Assembly: GCF_036321535.1 (NCBI RefSeq)
Contig: NC_087436.1
Location: forward strand, 85,996,001 to 86,060,000
Direction of reading: 5' to 3'
From: Camelus dromedarius
Taxonomy: Eukaryota
DNA length: 64,000 nucleotides
Numbering within the stretch: position 1 is the first letter of the stretch; every line of letters starts with the position of its first letter. Positions 1-13,389 of this stretch are shown one piece after another. A program made the translations under genes and the position numbers. A model generated the notes under the pieces. The model was given only the letters and a program-made list of their open reading frames with translations. It was not told the DNA's origin and did no database searches.

Positions 1-1310
1 AGGTACCTCTTGGGCTCACCTCCCTATCTCAGATTGACCTCAGAGCTTCTCCAGTTTTCTACCCATCAACCCCCAAACTGCAATGTGCCACTCAGAGAGC
101 AGCTGCACCATGTCAGGGGTGGTGAGCAGTGGGGACACCAGATGTGAAGAAGAGTGACAGAGGGAAAGAGAAAGAGGAGACAGCTTTTACAACTCTGCCT
201 GAGGACTGAGCTTTGGAAAACCTGCCGAGATTTATGTCCCTGCCTGGCCCAGCCCTCAAACCTCTGGCACCAGACACACCCCTGCAAAGTCATAGGTAAA
301 GATGGGTAAAGAGAAAGGTGTTGGTTAGAAATGGAGGAAATGGAGGCTAGGATCCCAAGACCTGGGTTACTACTCTGATTCTGCCACCTGCCAACAAATC
401 TACGATGCCGTTGCCACAGAACCACTTCTAGACGTCCAAGTTCAGTGTAAAAGGCCCCACATGACTCAGCTCCCCAAACTCATCTCCTTTGTGCTTCACT
501 CCCTTCTTGTCCAGCCTCCCTTCCATCCTCCACACTACCTACCCCCCCACACACACACACATACACTCTCAGCTCCAACGATATCAGACAACTTGGAATT
601 TTTCAGACATCTCATGTTGCTTCTGGCCCCGGTGCCTTTGCACATACTGTTTCCTGTGCTCTCCATGTCCCTCTACCCATCCACTCTACAAACTGTTTTT
701 GAGCATCAGCTACATACCAGGCACAGAAAATTAGAAGACACAGTTCCTACCCATGTGGGCTTATAAAAGAGCCCTTTCTCTTTCTCTCTCTCTCCCCTCA
801 TCCACTTGGTGAACTCGTATCCATTCTTCAGAATTTGGTTTTAACATCACTTCCTCTGAGACACTACCTGTTTCTGCCTGGGCAAGAGCCCCCTCTCACA
901 TGTGGGCTCCCCCTGTAATGTTGCCTTCCTCGGAGAATGAAGTCCCCTAGGAGTCTGGGTGCCAAGACCCTTCAGCATAGAATGCAGTGCAAAATCCCTG
1001 TTAGTTTCAGTCTCAGAGGATAGAAAATTTGGCTCAAATCTTATTTGGGGCCAGAGTTTCTGTCCCTCCAAGCATTACGTACACATGGATGCATATTAGG
1101 ACACACTCAACACGCTTTAAGTACTTCGTACTGGGATCTATTGGCTTTATTTATTTATTTAGATAAAGGTTAGATGGTGACATGAATTTTCTTCATAAAG
1201 AAACATAGATCACTTGAAATGTAATGAAGCTGAACAGGGTGTAACTTAACATTCCTCCTTTCCTATGAAGTCTTCCTAGAAAAAGTACCACCATAGAGTT
1301 TAACCCTCTT

Positions 1311-1677
1311 TGTCGCAATCATTTTGGGCTGCCGTAACAAAGTGCCCTAGGCTGGATGGCTTAAACAACATTTACTTCTTGAAATTCTGGAGGCTGAGAA
1401 GTCCAAGGTCCGGATGTATGGAGATTCAGTTTCTAGGAAGAGCCAGCCTCCTTGTAGATGGAAGCTTTGTAGACGGCCACCATCTTTGCTGTGACTTCAC
1501 ATGGCAGAGTGACAGTAAGCTCTCTGGTGTCTGCTCCTGTAGGGACACTAATCCTGTGAGATCAGGGACCTTTGTATCTTCATTTAACCTTAATTACCTC
1601 CTTACTCCAAATACAGCCACTCTGGAGGTTAGAGCTTCAACATAGGAATTTGAGGGGACACAATTCAGTCCATAGCA
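1311..1677 (-). mobile_element. MaLR solo LTR, MLT1A-like
   Basis: Ends read TGT...GACACAATTCAGTCCATAGCA, the reverse complement of the typical MLT1A start TGCTATGGACTGAATTGTGTC. Internal GGCTTAAACAAC and TTCTGGAGGCTGAGAAGTCCAAG motifs; ~370 bp. Confidence 0.75.
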
Positions 1678-2184
1678 CCTTTCTTACTTTGTATTCCTTA
1701 TAGTAACTTGATCTCATCCTTCTCAATTCCCAAACAGAAAGGTCCTGTGTGCCTGGTGACTTGTATGTGACTCTGACACACACCTACCTTCCATTGTATT
1801 TTTAATAAGCTCTTTGAAAAATAACTCTCCAAGCCTTGGAGAATATAAAATGTACTAAAAAAGAAAATTGAAAGTCACTGGCAAATCCCATAACCCAAAA
1901 ATAACATTTTGATGTGCATCTTTGCAGATGAGCTATATGATTATCTACTCGTCTGTATTTTAATAAAAACAGTATCATCCGGTAGAGGCAAGCTTATAGC
2001 AGCAGAGGGCTCACATACTGATGACAGCTCAGTCTTGGTCCTCTGCAGATGGATGGGGACCTAAGTGACACACCCAAGGATCTCATAGACCAAAAACTGT
2101 TCTTAAAATTAGAATCTCAAAGAATTTTAGAGACTCACTTTTTATGGTGCCTGTCGCCTGAGGGATGACGTGGTCGGGTGATAT

Positions 2185-2194
2185 CACGCACACA

Positions 2195-2230
<36 letters not shown>

Positions 2231-2238
2231 TACACACG
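2185..2238. repeat. (CA)n microsatellite with CG interruptions
   Basis: Read directly: cacgcacacacgcgcacacacaca... Confidence 0.95.
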
Positions 2239-3865
2239 CTTCCCATTCTTCGCTTTGGGATAAAGACCAAGTCTTTATCATGGCCTGGAAGGCCCTGAGT
2301 GTGCACGCTCTGGCTCTGTCTACCTTCCAGCCTCATCACACCACTCTGCACCCGTCTTTCAGTCTTTCGCGTACACTGTGTTCCCTCCCACATCACAGTC
2401 TTGCATATGCTAGACCCTCTGCCTGAAATGCTCACTCCCTATGCCTTCGCTTGGTTAACTCCTACTTGTCTACAGATCACAACTCCTTCCTTAGAATCTT
2501 TCCCTGGATCCCAGACCAGCTCAAATTTCCCTTTTACTCGTTTATATAACACCTGGTACCTCCTTTCTTAGCATTTATCTAGGTTTCCGCTTAACACATA
2601 TGCCTGTCTTCCCAGATGGGGAATTCCATCTTCCTCACTGTGTCCCTCCTGCCTGTCTCATGGTAGGCACTCAGTATTTGATTTTAAAAAATGATTGAAG
2701 AATGCATGCTTGATTTTTTTTTAAACTGCGTTTTCTAATAAGATAAGCAAAATGGAAGCCCTAAGTTTATTTTCCCTCTTAGATCACACAGCCGATTAGA
2801 TATAAAAGGGGGTGAGAGCAGGGCCTGGGGCACCCCCAGCTGTTGATCTGTCACAGGATGAGACTTCCTCCCGGAAATCAATGACTGTGGGTGAGCTGTG
2901 CGGCAGGTTTCCCAAATCTAACTTTCAAAGCAAGGTCAGGAAATGGGGGGTTATTTTCCTGGGGAAACGTGGAAGCTGCCAAACCATGAACAGGATAAAA
3001 AGTTATGACTTATATTTGAGGGAAATTGCTTTTTACTCTAGAAAATTACTGCATGCTTTCCAGCTCTAACACAATTCCTTCTTGAATGATGAAATCATCT
3101 TCTTTTCCATAGATCTTTTTTTCCTTTGGATTCTGTCTATAATACGTATCAAATAACAGAGATTTTATTCTTTGAAAAGAGAGGGAAAAGAAGAGAAAGA
3201 AAAAGAAGAAGTGACCAGGCAGATTATTTTCCAGGGTTCACTATCTGTTTCTTTTAAAAATGCAATAGTTTTCTTTTTCATATAGCATTTACCGTTCACC
3301 AATATCGATTCTAGCTGTATTGAACAGAAAAATCTGTAGGGGAGAGAAAAAGCAAGTAGTCAGTGATACACATTTTCTAGAAAATGTAACTGCTGGCAAG
3401 GTCAGTATCTGGCTTGTTGAGAGCCTGGGTGAAAAGAGGTACAAGCCTTAACAACAGCTCTGCTGGGGGTTGGGGGGGCGTCAATGACAGGTGTAGTGGG
3501 CGTAAACCTTGGTTCACACGCTTAACTACACAAGACACATAACATTTTAAATGATCTCTCATAATTTTAAATGATAAACCTGATTTCTTTGTGAGATAAG
3601 CACCCTCCACCACGTGTGTGTTCCAGGGTGTCAGGGCATCTGGGGGGTCCATAGAGAAGGCATCTCAGTTCACACAGATAGGCATGAAGTTGGCCCTGTT
3701 GACATGGTCACCCAGGGCCTGGGTGGCCCATGGTCTTTCTAACTGGATACCCATCACTGAGGCCTTTCTCTCTTGGATCTTACTGCCACTTATGCCACTT
3801 ACTGCCACTTACTTCCACTATGCCAGGAAGCCAGTTGATCCGGAGCAGATGGAGAGAAAGTCCAG

Positions 3866-4336
3866 TGTTTTGGGTTGAATGGTGTTCCTCCCAAAAATAT
3901 ATGTGGAAATCCTAACCCCAAGTACCTCGGAATGTTACCTTATTTAGAAATAGGGTCTTTACAGAGGGAATGAAGTTAAAATTGGATCATTAAGGTGGGC
4001 TCTAGTCCCATTTGATGGGTGTTCTTACCAGAAGAGGGTATTTGGATGCAGAGATGGACAGGCACAGTGTGAGGACCACGTGAAGACACGCAGGTAGGAG
4101 ACAGTCATGAGACGGGGATGTCTGTAGGCTAAGGAATTCCAAGCACTGCCAGCCAACACCGGAAGCTGGGAGAGGGGAGGAAGGGTTCTTCCCTAGAGCC
4201 ATCAGGGAGAGCGTGGCCCTACTGACACCTTAATTTTGGACCCTTAGCCTCTGGAACTGTGAGACAGGAAATGTTTACTGTTTCAAACTGCTCGGGTTTT
4301 GGGACTTTGTTATGGCAGTCCTAGGAAGCCAATATG
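3866..4336 (+). mobile_element. MaLR solo LTR, MLT1B/C-like
   Basis: Starts TGTTTTGGGTTGAATGGTGTTCC, has typical MLT1 internal motifs, 471 bp. Flanked by a perfect 5-bp TSD TCCAG (3861-3865, 4337-4341). Confidence 0.8.
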
Positions 4337-4999
4337 TCCAGATTCACCCTTTCTTCTGGCCAAAACACTGTCTCTACAGCCTAATCCACTCACCTTGGGA
4401 GTTTAGGTTCTTGGAAAACAAGGACAGAAAGATTTGCTTGCTATCTGCTCTCCTACTGAAACACACATGCCCCAAGCACAGGCAGAAAGAAAAAGGGAAT
4501 GGAGAGAAAAAACAAACCTATTGATCAGTATCTCAAAATACTACCTGAGCCACCAGGTAAGAGTAAGCTCACAGGGCGTCAATGTCTTCAGTGGCCCTAA
4601 TACACACATTGTAGTGTTTTAGCTGGATGAGCTTTGGGGTCATTTGGCTCAGAGTCGGCATAAATATGGCCCTTTTGTCTCCATAATCCAGCGCCCCGGA
4701 GGCGTTGCTAAATCATCACAGTACTCCCTTCCCTGAAGCCTGGGCTTGGTCGCCAGATCTTCAATGCCAAGTTCTAGGCATCTACCATCAAGCAATCGAG
4801 GTGGTGATTTAAGTGAATGAACTTAGTAATAACACAAACGCACAGCCAGTCCTTGGCCCACCTTCCGAGAGCCTGTCCCAGGTAGCGAGACTCTGCTGGA
4901 GAAAATCGAACATCATGGATTTGGGACATTATACATTTACAGTATTTGGTTTCAGTCAAACCCTCAATATTTCACATGTCTCTTTAGTCATCTGGTTCT

Positions 5000-6540
5000 A
5001 TTTAGTCAGCTTCTGACCCCACATCGATTAAGAATTCCAAGTCTACCTTTCTCAAACTTTTCTCCCCACATTCCTCTCCTCTGTGCAACAGATAACTTCA
5101 CTACCTACTTTACAAAAGAGCGGAGGCACCATCAGTTTCCTGCTCCTGTATCAATGAAGTTACCTGTATCCGCATTCATTGTCTCCTTCTTCCTTCCTGC
5201 CTCCATGAACTTGGAATTCCTCCCCTTGGACAAGCCTCACCTTTCCCCCCACATCCTCTGCCATTCACTCCTCCACCCCCATGACCTTGAGCTGCTAGAA
5301 CATAGGAGCCTCAAGACCCTGGCTGCTGTGTTCACCAACCACATGGCACTTAGTAAGTGCTCAATAATTATTTACAAATGACCATATCAATCAACTTCTT
5401 CCCCTTGCAGTTGAATTCTTTATGTAAATTTTATCCTCTCGGTACAAAAATATGCTGAAATCCTTTTTGTTAAACAAACAAATAAACAAATGTTCTTTCA
5501 GCACATGAACACCCTTCCAGCCTTCTCCTTCTTTCCTTGAAAACCAAATTTCTCAAAGGAGCAGTCCACACGTTCACTCTTGCCATTGTCTCACCCCAAG
5601 ACCCCCCTCCCCTGTTTATTCCTCAACCCATAACCACTTGGACCTCCACTATCTTACCCCTCTGTGCTCTTTGAATGGGGTCTATCTCTCCAAGATCACC
5701 AGTGACCCACTGACAGCCAGTGAAAACCCCTCCATCCTCATTTGGCTTGCTCTCTTGCTGCCCTTGGCACTCATGAATAAGACCTCCCCACTGACACCTC
5801 TATTTCCTGTTTTTCCTCCTCCCTGGGCCACTCCTTCCCTGTCTCATCTAAGGGTCCTCTTTCTCATTTCTGGTCTCCTCCCTCCTCCCTCTGGACAGTC
5901 TCAGTGTGCCCATAGTAACCCCCCAGCCTGGACTTTTCCACAGCTGCAGCCCCATATGTCATACTGGACACCATCTTAGCAAAAGCCCCCAGTGCCTTCC
6001 TGAATGTACACGTGCCAAACTGAGCCCATCTTATCCGCCTCTCCAACCTGCCCTCAGTCTGTATCTTCTGTCCCTACAACAGGCAACACCATTTGTTCAA
6101 TCACCTGCCCAAGACACGTGGAAGTTGCCCTCGATTTCTCCCTCCCTCTCAGCTTTGAGCACTAATTGGTCACCAAGACTGGTCAACTTTGCCTTCTAAA
6201 AAGTGCCCTTGAATCTGGGCATCTCCCCATGGTTAAACTCTTAGTTCAGGCATCATCATTTCTCTTGTAGAATCCCATCCTGCATTCTAACTTACTTCCT
6301 CCCAATCCACATCCTCCTAGGGCCAGTTATTTTTCAAAAATCTGAGCATGATCATCTCACTTCCCTGCTTAGATTATTTCAATACCTCCCTACCCCAGGT
6401 CTCATGCTACAGCGTTTAAGACCTTCTGTGACCTGGCTCCTGTCTGCCCCTCAAGCCTCCACTCCAGCCACCCTTGGTTTTCTGTGCTTCTGTACTTTCA
6501 GAATGTATTTTCTCTCCTTCCTTTACTGGCTGAATCCTAC
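5000..6540 (-). mobile_element. Degraded L2 LINE fragments
   Basis: Pyrimidine-rich tract with L2-typical phrases (ccaagatcaccagtgacc, catcatttctc, tcacttccctgctta). Boundaries approximate. Confidence 0.55.
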
Positions 6541-6692
6541 TTCTTTATCAGTATGGGGTTAATCAGGCCTCCTCTGGTTGTAAGCGATAGAAACTCTAAT
6601 CAAATATGGCTTGAGATAAAACAGGAACTCATCAGGATAATATGTTGTCTCATAAACTCCAAGGGCAGGAATGTGCTTGGGCTTCAGAAGTA

Positions 6693-6865
6693 CCATTGAC
6701 CTTTGAACAACTCAAGGTTGGGGCACGAACCCTCCACACAGTTAAAAATCTGAGTGTAACTCACAGGAGGCCCCCTGAATTCATCCCATGGGTCATATAG
6801 GACCAAAGTATTTACTATTGACAAAATCTGCACGGTTCAAACTTGTGCTGTTCAAGGGACAACTG
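6693..6865 (-). mobile_element. Tigger2-derived MITE (MER8-like)
   Basis: TIRs ccattgacctttgaacaa ... tgttcaagggacaactg with TA on the left flank. Related to the element at 62030-62265. Confidence 0.7.
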
Positions 6866-6881
6866 CACTTGGACAAGGGAC

Positions 6882-7228
6882 CACATTATTTTTCAAGAGC
6901 TGCCACAGCAAAGTGCCAAAGACTTGGTGGGTTAAACAGCAGAAATGTATTTTCTTACAGTTCTAGGGGCTGGAAGTCAGAGATCAGAGCACCAGCCTTG
7001 CTGGGTTTGGGTGCAAGCTCTCCTCCTGGCTTGCACATGGCAGGATAGACAATGAGTTCTGCTGTCTCTTCCTCTTTTTATAAGGACACTCATCCCATCA
7101 TGAGGGCCCCAACCTCAAGACCTCACCTAAATCTAATTATCTTACAAAGATTCCATCTCCAAATACCATCACATTGGGGGTTAAGGCTTCAATACATGAA
7201 TTTGGGGAGACACAATTTTGTCATAGCA
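6882..7228 (-). mobile_element. MaLR solo LTR, MLT1A-like
   Basis: Shares motifs with 1311-1677 (ttaaacagcagaaatgtatt, ttctaggggctggaagtc, gacacaattttgtcatagca). Confidence 0.7.
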
Positions 7229-7292
7229 ACAACCCAGTGCTGGGGGATCCTCTGGATGTACTGGGTCCAGAAAAGCTTTTTTTTTTTTTTAT

Positions 7293-7354
7293 CAGAGCAA
7301 TCACCCTGTTACAGAGCAATCACCCTGTCACAGAGCAATCACCCTGTCACAGAG
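7293..7354. repeat. 19-bp tandem repeat, ~3.3 copies (CAGAGCAATCACCCTGTCA)
   Basis: Read directly; one mismatch among the copies. Confidence 0.95.
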
Positions 7355-9489
7355 TAGGACAGAAAGAGCACACAGTCTAGGGTGTGGCATTTGTGACAAA
7401 GAGCATCACCTTTGCAGGACCTGACTAGAATCTCCCACCTATTCTAAGACTGAGTTGGGGAGGGGCTGTGGGCAGCACTTACACTTGTTGGGGTAGAGAG
7501 CATACTTTCTCCTAGTTTTACAAGTGAGGAACAAGTGTTTGGAGCGGGCACCCGGAGGTATACCGATCTCCTTCCAAGTTTCCAGTCTTCTCAGTTTAGT
7601 CAAAATTAAAATAACCTAGCCAGAGGGCATATACTTTCCACAAGACAGCCTACACAAGAAATGAGTGTTTTCTTAATCACTTTTGCAGAAAGGAAGGATG
7701 GAGATTGGCAAAAAAAAAAAAAAGTGGACTTTGTAAGACAATTAGAAAATAAAGAATTTGGGGTTTTTCCATGTGCTTTTTGTGCCACATTAGGGGTGGG
7801 AAAGGGAACCATTTCATTGTTTCCCTGGAAACTCAGAGTCTTCTAACCCAGGCTTGCCTGCCTTCCCTGGGTAAGTCTTATCTTTGCTAGGTCTTCCTTA
7901 GTGGGGTCATTCTATAAACGTACTGGTCAGGAATCCCCAGGGAACAGGCGAAACCTGCATGCTTCTTTGTTTGAATCATTGGTGCCCACTTGCCTCTTTT
8001 CATATGGCAGATTTCATTGATCCCCAATCCATCTCTTCAGATCTTATGACAACTAAAACATCTCCTTCCTAACTCCCTTGTTAAGGATCATTACATCTGT
8101 ATGCACCTCCTGTTTCTGTTTCTCAATCTCAGGCTTCTAGATTTTCTTCCTTTCCATGTCTGAAATACATTACCCTTTCTTCTAAGGAAAACGTTCTCTT
8201 CCTCCAGCTCTGTCAGGCTGCTTTCCTGTATTTCACTTTCATTCTTTCTATATGCCTATCCTGGTGGGAGAAAGGAAGCATATTTTTCATGCCACTCTAG
8301 TTCCTCTTTAATTTCCAGAGCAATCTGATTTCTAGCCACAGAACGTTCCAGGAATGGGTCCTGTTAATTGCATCTTGAACTTTGGGTGTGCAGTAGTTTG
8401 ATTTGTTTCTCTGCCTCATCTCAAGAAGATGACACATTTTCTTTATAATAAAAGTTCTTATTCTTTTTCCCTTCCTTTTTTTTTTTTTCTGGTCTGTTTA
8501 TCAAAAACCCACCACCCTTGTGGTGAAACCATCTAAAGCCATGATCAGAGCATATATAATCAACAAATCCAGAGTCAGTATGAAACCACATGTTAAGAAC
8601 CAACAGACAAGTCCAATAGTTTGGGTAACATCTCAAGTTGCCTCCTGAGGCCTTGAAGGCAGTTAGCAGATTTGGGGGTGTCTTGTGCCACACTGTCTCC
8701 TAGGTCTGATCTGACATTAACAGTTTAAGCCATTACCTCATACATTAGAGTTCCGTAGCATGCGTGAATCTTAGCTTTTTTCTCATCTGTTTTTTGTTGT
8801 TGTTATTCGTTTGAAGTCTCTGCCTGCAGACACAGCTGAGAAACACAATAAAGGCAGCAAATATTGCTCTGCTTGCTCATGCTTAAAATGATCTAATCTT
8901 TGACACAGCCTTGCCCACAAACCAGTGTCTATACCAAGCAGTGTGTGCAAAGCTTCAAGTCAACTGGCAGCACTCAGTACCCTGAGACTGAAAAAGTACA
9001 TGTTCACTCAGACCCACAACAAAACAAAACCAGTCACCCCTGTGAACAGCTTTGACAGGAGCAACGGCCCCCGCAGGTAGAAATCCCACTTAACTAAGCC
9101 TAAGGCTTACAGCTACCCGGAGCAAGACAACTTCAGAAGTCTTACTTTCCACCTGTTACTTTGCTGTCCAAATGCTCCACCTTGTCGATGTCTCATGGCT
9201 CCAGGTCAAGCAATGGATCGTAGTGCTTTAGGGAGCCCGAGAAATAACACCCATGCTCTCCAACCATGTTCAGATAATTACCTCCGCTGCGCAGACAGAG
9301 ATCAAAATATCACCTTTACCACCAATAAAGCTGTCGAGAATGTGGCCTGGGTCTATCGTCAAGTATGACCTGCTGATAACTCACCCTCGAGTCTGACACT
9401 TACTCCTCGAGACGTGGGCTGACTTGCACAATCAATTCCTGCTGCTCCACTCTCAGGGGCCCCTAACTCTTCCCTCTCTCAAGTCATGG

Positions 9490-9850
9490 GGACATCACAG
9501 AGCATCCCCAAGCCTCAGGACAGAAAAGGGATTAACCATCGCAAACCTATCACATATGCCACTCATAGACAGCCTTTTCTCCTTAATCCGTCAGCCTGCC
9601 TAAGAGTGTTTTTGTCCGTTCTCTGATTGTTCGCCCGGGGAATGATTCCAGCTAGCCTCTCCGGTCGGGGCAGTTAAACTTTAAAGACCCTCTCATCTGC
9701 CATGTCATGGGGACCCTGAGGGAAACTACTATTATTTGACACATATCCAGAGCCTTCAACTCCCTGTGCTTCCCACTGATCTCCCTCTCACTGGTTACAC
9801 ACTTTGTACATCCCCTGCTGGCATTTCTGCACGGTATCGCTGCTATAAGG
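9490..9850. mobile_element. Ancient conserved interspersed repeat, MER121-like
   Basis: Core ...AATGATTCCAGCTAGCC...AAACTTTAAAGACCCTCTCATCTGCCATGTCA...GGGAAACTACTATTAT resembles my recollection of the MER121 consensus (not verified by search). A second, inverted, degenerate copy lies at ~9906-9981. Confidence 0.5.
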
Positions 9851-10944
9851 ATGTTGATAAATGCGATATAAAAGTCTATTACGTTAATCTAATGGCTGCC
9901 ATGCTGGTTCCCCTAATGACATGGCAGATAAAAGAGTCTTGAAAGTTGAAGTGCTTCCAGGAAAGCTCGGAATTGTTCCCCTCCATGGATGGTTGCTTAA
10001 ATAACCCAACTGTAGCTACTAATGGGATTTCCTCAACCTCCTGTGCCCAAACTACAGGTTCCACGTGACGAAACACTTTCCTGGGGCTCTTAGATACAAC
10101 TTTCAAAGCATTCAGATTTATTACTTATATTTTCTCTTCTATGCTTTCCCATCTCTGCTTCCTGTGCCCTTCATTCCTGTTGTCATTTTCTCTTTTAGAA
10201 AATTCTGCATATAGGTGAGATCATATTGTACCTGTCTTTCTCAATCTGACTTATTTCACTTAGCAGAATGCCCTCAAGCTTCACCCATGCTGCCAAAATA
10301 GCAGGATTTTCTTCTTTTAGTATTCCACATATACATCTGGGTACCACATTTCCTTATAAATTCATCTGTCAGTGAACACTTAGATTATTTCTATACCTTG
10401 GCTACTGTGATTAATGCTGCAATGAACCTGGGAATGCTGATAACTCTTTCAGACAGTGATTTCATTTCCCTGTATATATATCCAGAAGTAGGATTCCTGG
10501 ATGATATAGTAGTTCTATTTTTAATTTTTGAGGAAAACTTCATACTATTCCCATAGTGGCTATGCCAATTACATTCCAAATAACAGGGCACAGGTGTTCC
10601 CTTATCTCCACAACCCAGTCAAGACTTGTTATCTCTTATCTTTTTTGATGATAGTCATTAAAACAGATGTGAGGTGATATCTCATTTTGATTTTGATTTG
10701 TATTTCCCTGATGATTAGTGATGTTGAGCATCTTTTCATGTACCTATTGCACATTTATATATCTTCTTTGGAAAAATGTCTATTCACATCGTCTGCCCGT
10801 TTTTTAATTGGGTTATTTGATTTTTTGCTATTAAGTTGTATAAGTTCTTTATATTTTTGGACATTAACCCTTTATCAGATGGATGGTTTGCAAATATTTT
10901 TCTCTCATTCTGCAGGTTGTCTCATTTTGTTGATTGTTTCTCTT

Positions 10945-11725
10945 TTTTTTCTTTTTTTCTAAAATTTTTTTATTGAGTTATAGTCATTTTACAATGTTGT
11001 GTCAAATTCCAGTGTAGAGCACAATTTTTCAGTTATACATGAACATACATATATTCATTGTCACTTTTTTTTTCACTGTGAGCTACCACAAGATCTTGTA
11101 TATATTTCCCTGTGCCATACAGTATAATCTTGTTTATCTATTCTGCATATGCCTGTCAGTATCTACAAAATTTGAAATCCCAGTCTGTCCCTTCCCACCC
11201 CCCACCCCCTTGGCAACCACAAGTTTGTATTCTATGTCTATGAGTCTGTTTCTGTTTTGTATTTATGTTTTTTAATTTTTTTTTCAGATTCCACATATAA
11301 GATATCTCATATGGTATTTTTCTTTCTCTTTCTGGCTTACTTCACTTAGAATGACATTCTCCAGGGACATCCTTGTTGCTGCAAATGACGTTACGTTGTC
11401 AGTGTTTATGGCTGAGTAGTATTCCGTTGTATGAATATACCACAGCTTCTTTATCCAGCCATCTGTTGATGGACATTTAGGCTGTTTCCATGTCTTGGCT
11501 GTTGTAAATAGTGCTGCTATGAACATTGGGGTGCAGGTATCATTTTGAAGTAGGGTTCCTTCTGGATATATGCCCAGGAGCAGGATGACTGGGTCATATG
11601 GTAAGTTTATTCCTAGTCTTTTGAGGAGTCTCCATACTGTTTTCCACAGTGGCTGCACCAAACTGCATTCCCACCAGCAGTGTAGGAGGGTTCCCTTTTC
11701 TCCACAGCCTCTCCAGCATTTGTCA
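10945..11725 (-). mobile_element. Young 5'-truncated L1 nested in older L1
   Basis: ORF 11284-11661 is near-identical to the ORF2 C-terminus of the full-length L1 ([10 protein letters not shown]...[13 protein letters not shown]). Poly-T tail on the left. Duplicated TTTGTTGATTGTTTCTCTT at 10926-10944 and 11726-11744. Confidence 0.95.
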
Positions 11726-12924
11726 TTTGTTGATTGTTTCTCTTATTGAGCAGAAGCTTTTTTTAGCTTGATATAATCCCACTTGCTGATTTCTGCTTTT
11801 GTTGCTTGAGCTTTTGGTATCATATCCTCAAATAATCGCCATTTGAACAGTTTTAATTCTTGAATTTAAGTCTTTAATTCATTTGGTGTGAATTTTTGTG
11901 AGTGGTAGGATAGGGGTTTGATTTCTTTCTTTTGCATGAAGATATCCAGTTCTCTAAACATTATTTATTGACAAGACTATCCCTTCCCATTGAGGATGCT
12001 TGACTCCCTTGTCAAATATTAGTTGACCATATTCGCATGGGTTTATTTCTGGGCTCTCAAATCTGTTGCATTGGCTTATATGTCTATTTTTAAGCCAACA
12101 CCATGCTGCTTTGATTAGTACAGCTTTGAAATATAATTTGAGATCAGGAAATGTATTGTCCCCAGCTTTGTTCCTCTTCCTCAGGATTGCTTTTGCTCTT
12201 CAGGATCTTTTGTGGTTCCACCTGAATTTTAGGATTGTTTTTTCTATTTATATAAAAAATGTCATTAGAACTTTGATAACGATTTGACTGAATCTATAGA
12301 TGGCTTTGAGTAGTGTGGCCATTTTAAAATATTGATTCTTGTGATTCATGAAAATGGGATATCTTTCCATTTAATCTTGTCATCTTCAATTTCTTTCATC
12401 AAAGTTGTATTGTATCAGTGTAGCGATCTTTCATCCCCTTGTTTAAATTTATTCCTAAGTTTTTTTATTGTTCTTGAAGCTATCATAATTAGAATTATTT
12501 TCCTTATTTCTTTTTAAGATATTTCATTGTTAGTATATAGTAATCAACTGATTATTGTATGTTAATTTTGTAGCCTGCAACTTTATTGAATTTATTAATT
12601 CTAACAGGGTTTTTTTTTCAGCGTATGGGGAATCTTTATGATTTTCTATCTACAAGATCATACCATCTGAAAATAGAGACAATTTTACTTCTTCCTTTCC
12701 AATTTGGATGCCTTCTATTACTTTCTCTTGCCTAATAACTTTGGTTAGGGCTTCCAGTACTAAATTGAAAGGAGTGATGAGAATGGAACCCTTGTCTTGT
12801 CCCTGATCTTAAAGAGAAAGCTTTCAACCTTTCACTGTTGAATATAGTGTTAGCTGCGAGTTTGTCATATATGGACTTTATAATGTTCAGGTATGTTCCT
12901 TCAATACCCAATTTTGGGGGGGGG

Positions 12925-13128
12925 GGTTTGAGATAAAATTGACATATAACACTTTATTGGTTTCAGGTGAATACATATATTATATATTGTGAAATGGTCA
13001 CCACAATAAGTTTAGTTAACATTCATCACCATACATAGCTACAATTTTTTTTCTTGAGATGAGAACTTTTAAGATTTAATCTTTAACAACTTTCAAATAT
13101 GCAATATAGTTTTGTTAACTATAGTCAT
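12925..13128 (-). mobile_element. L1 3'-end fragment (L1MA-like) nested in older L1
   Basis: ttgagataaaattgacatataac...gagaacttttaagattta...ttgttaactatagtca is a typical reverse-complemented L1MA 3' terminus. Confidence 0.65.
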
Positions 13129-13389
13129 GTGAGTTTTTAACATGAAATAATGTTGAATTTTTCAAATGCTTTTTCTGCATCTATTGAGATGATTGTATGA
13201 TTTTTATATTTCATATTGATTTGTGAGTATTGAACCATCCTCACATCCTGGTGTGGTGGAACTTCTTCACTGGAATCCTGAACTTCCACAAAGTTTCTCT
13301 CTCACCTGTAGGTGACTTCTAAATCAATGTTCTTTGGGGGGAATACGGTAAAAACAAAAAAACAAAACAAAACAGTCCACTATGGTAAT

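Larger units (their letters stand above)
10195..13255 (-). mobile_element. Older 5'-truncated L1 (ORF2 3' half), host to two nested L1 insertions
   Basis: Reverse strand matches degraded L1 ORF2 C-terminal and RT sequence (compare 43000-44880). Interrupted at 10945-11725 and ~12925-13128. Confidence 0.85.

Noticed and set aside
7293..7354. CRISPR-like appearance of short direct repeats (also 22223 and 55827)
   Set aside because: No unique spacers and a eukaryotic context; these are simple tandem duplications.
7400..9480. Possible endogenous viral or ERV-internal coding relic in the repeat-poor stretch
   Set aside because: No gag, pol, env or other viral motifs are visible in the ORF track or by eye. 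A tblastx/HMM search would be needed to exclude a very degraded relic.
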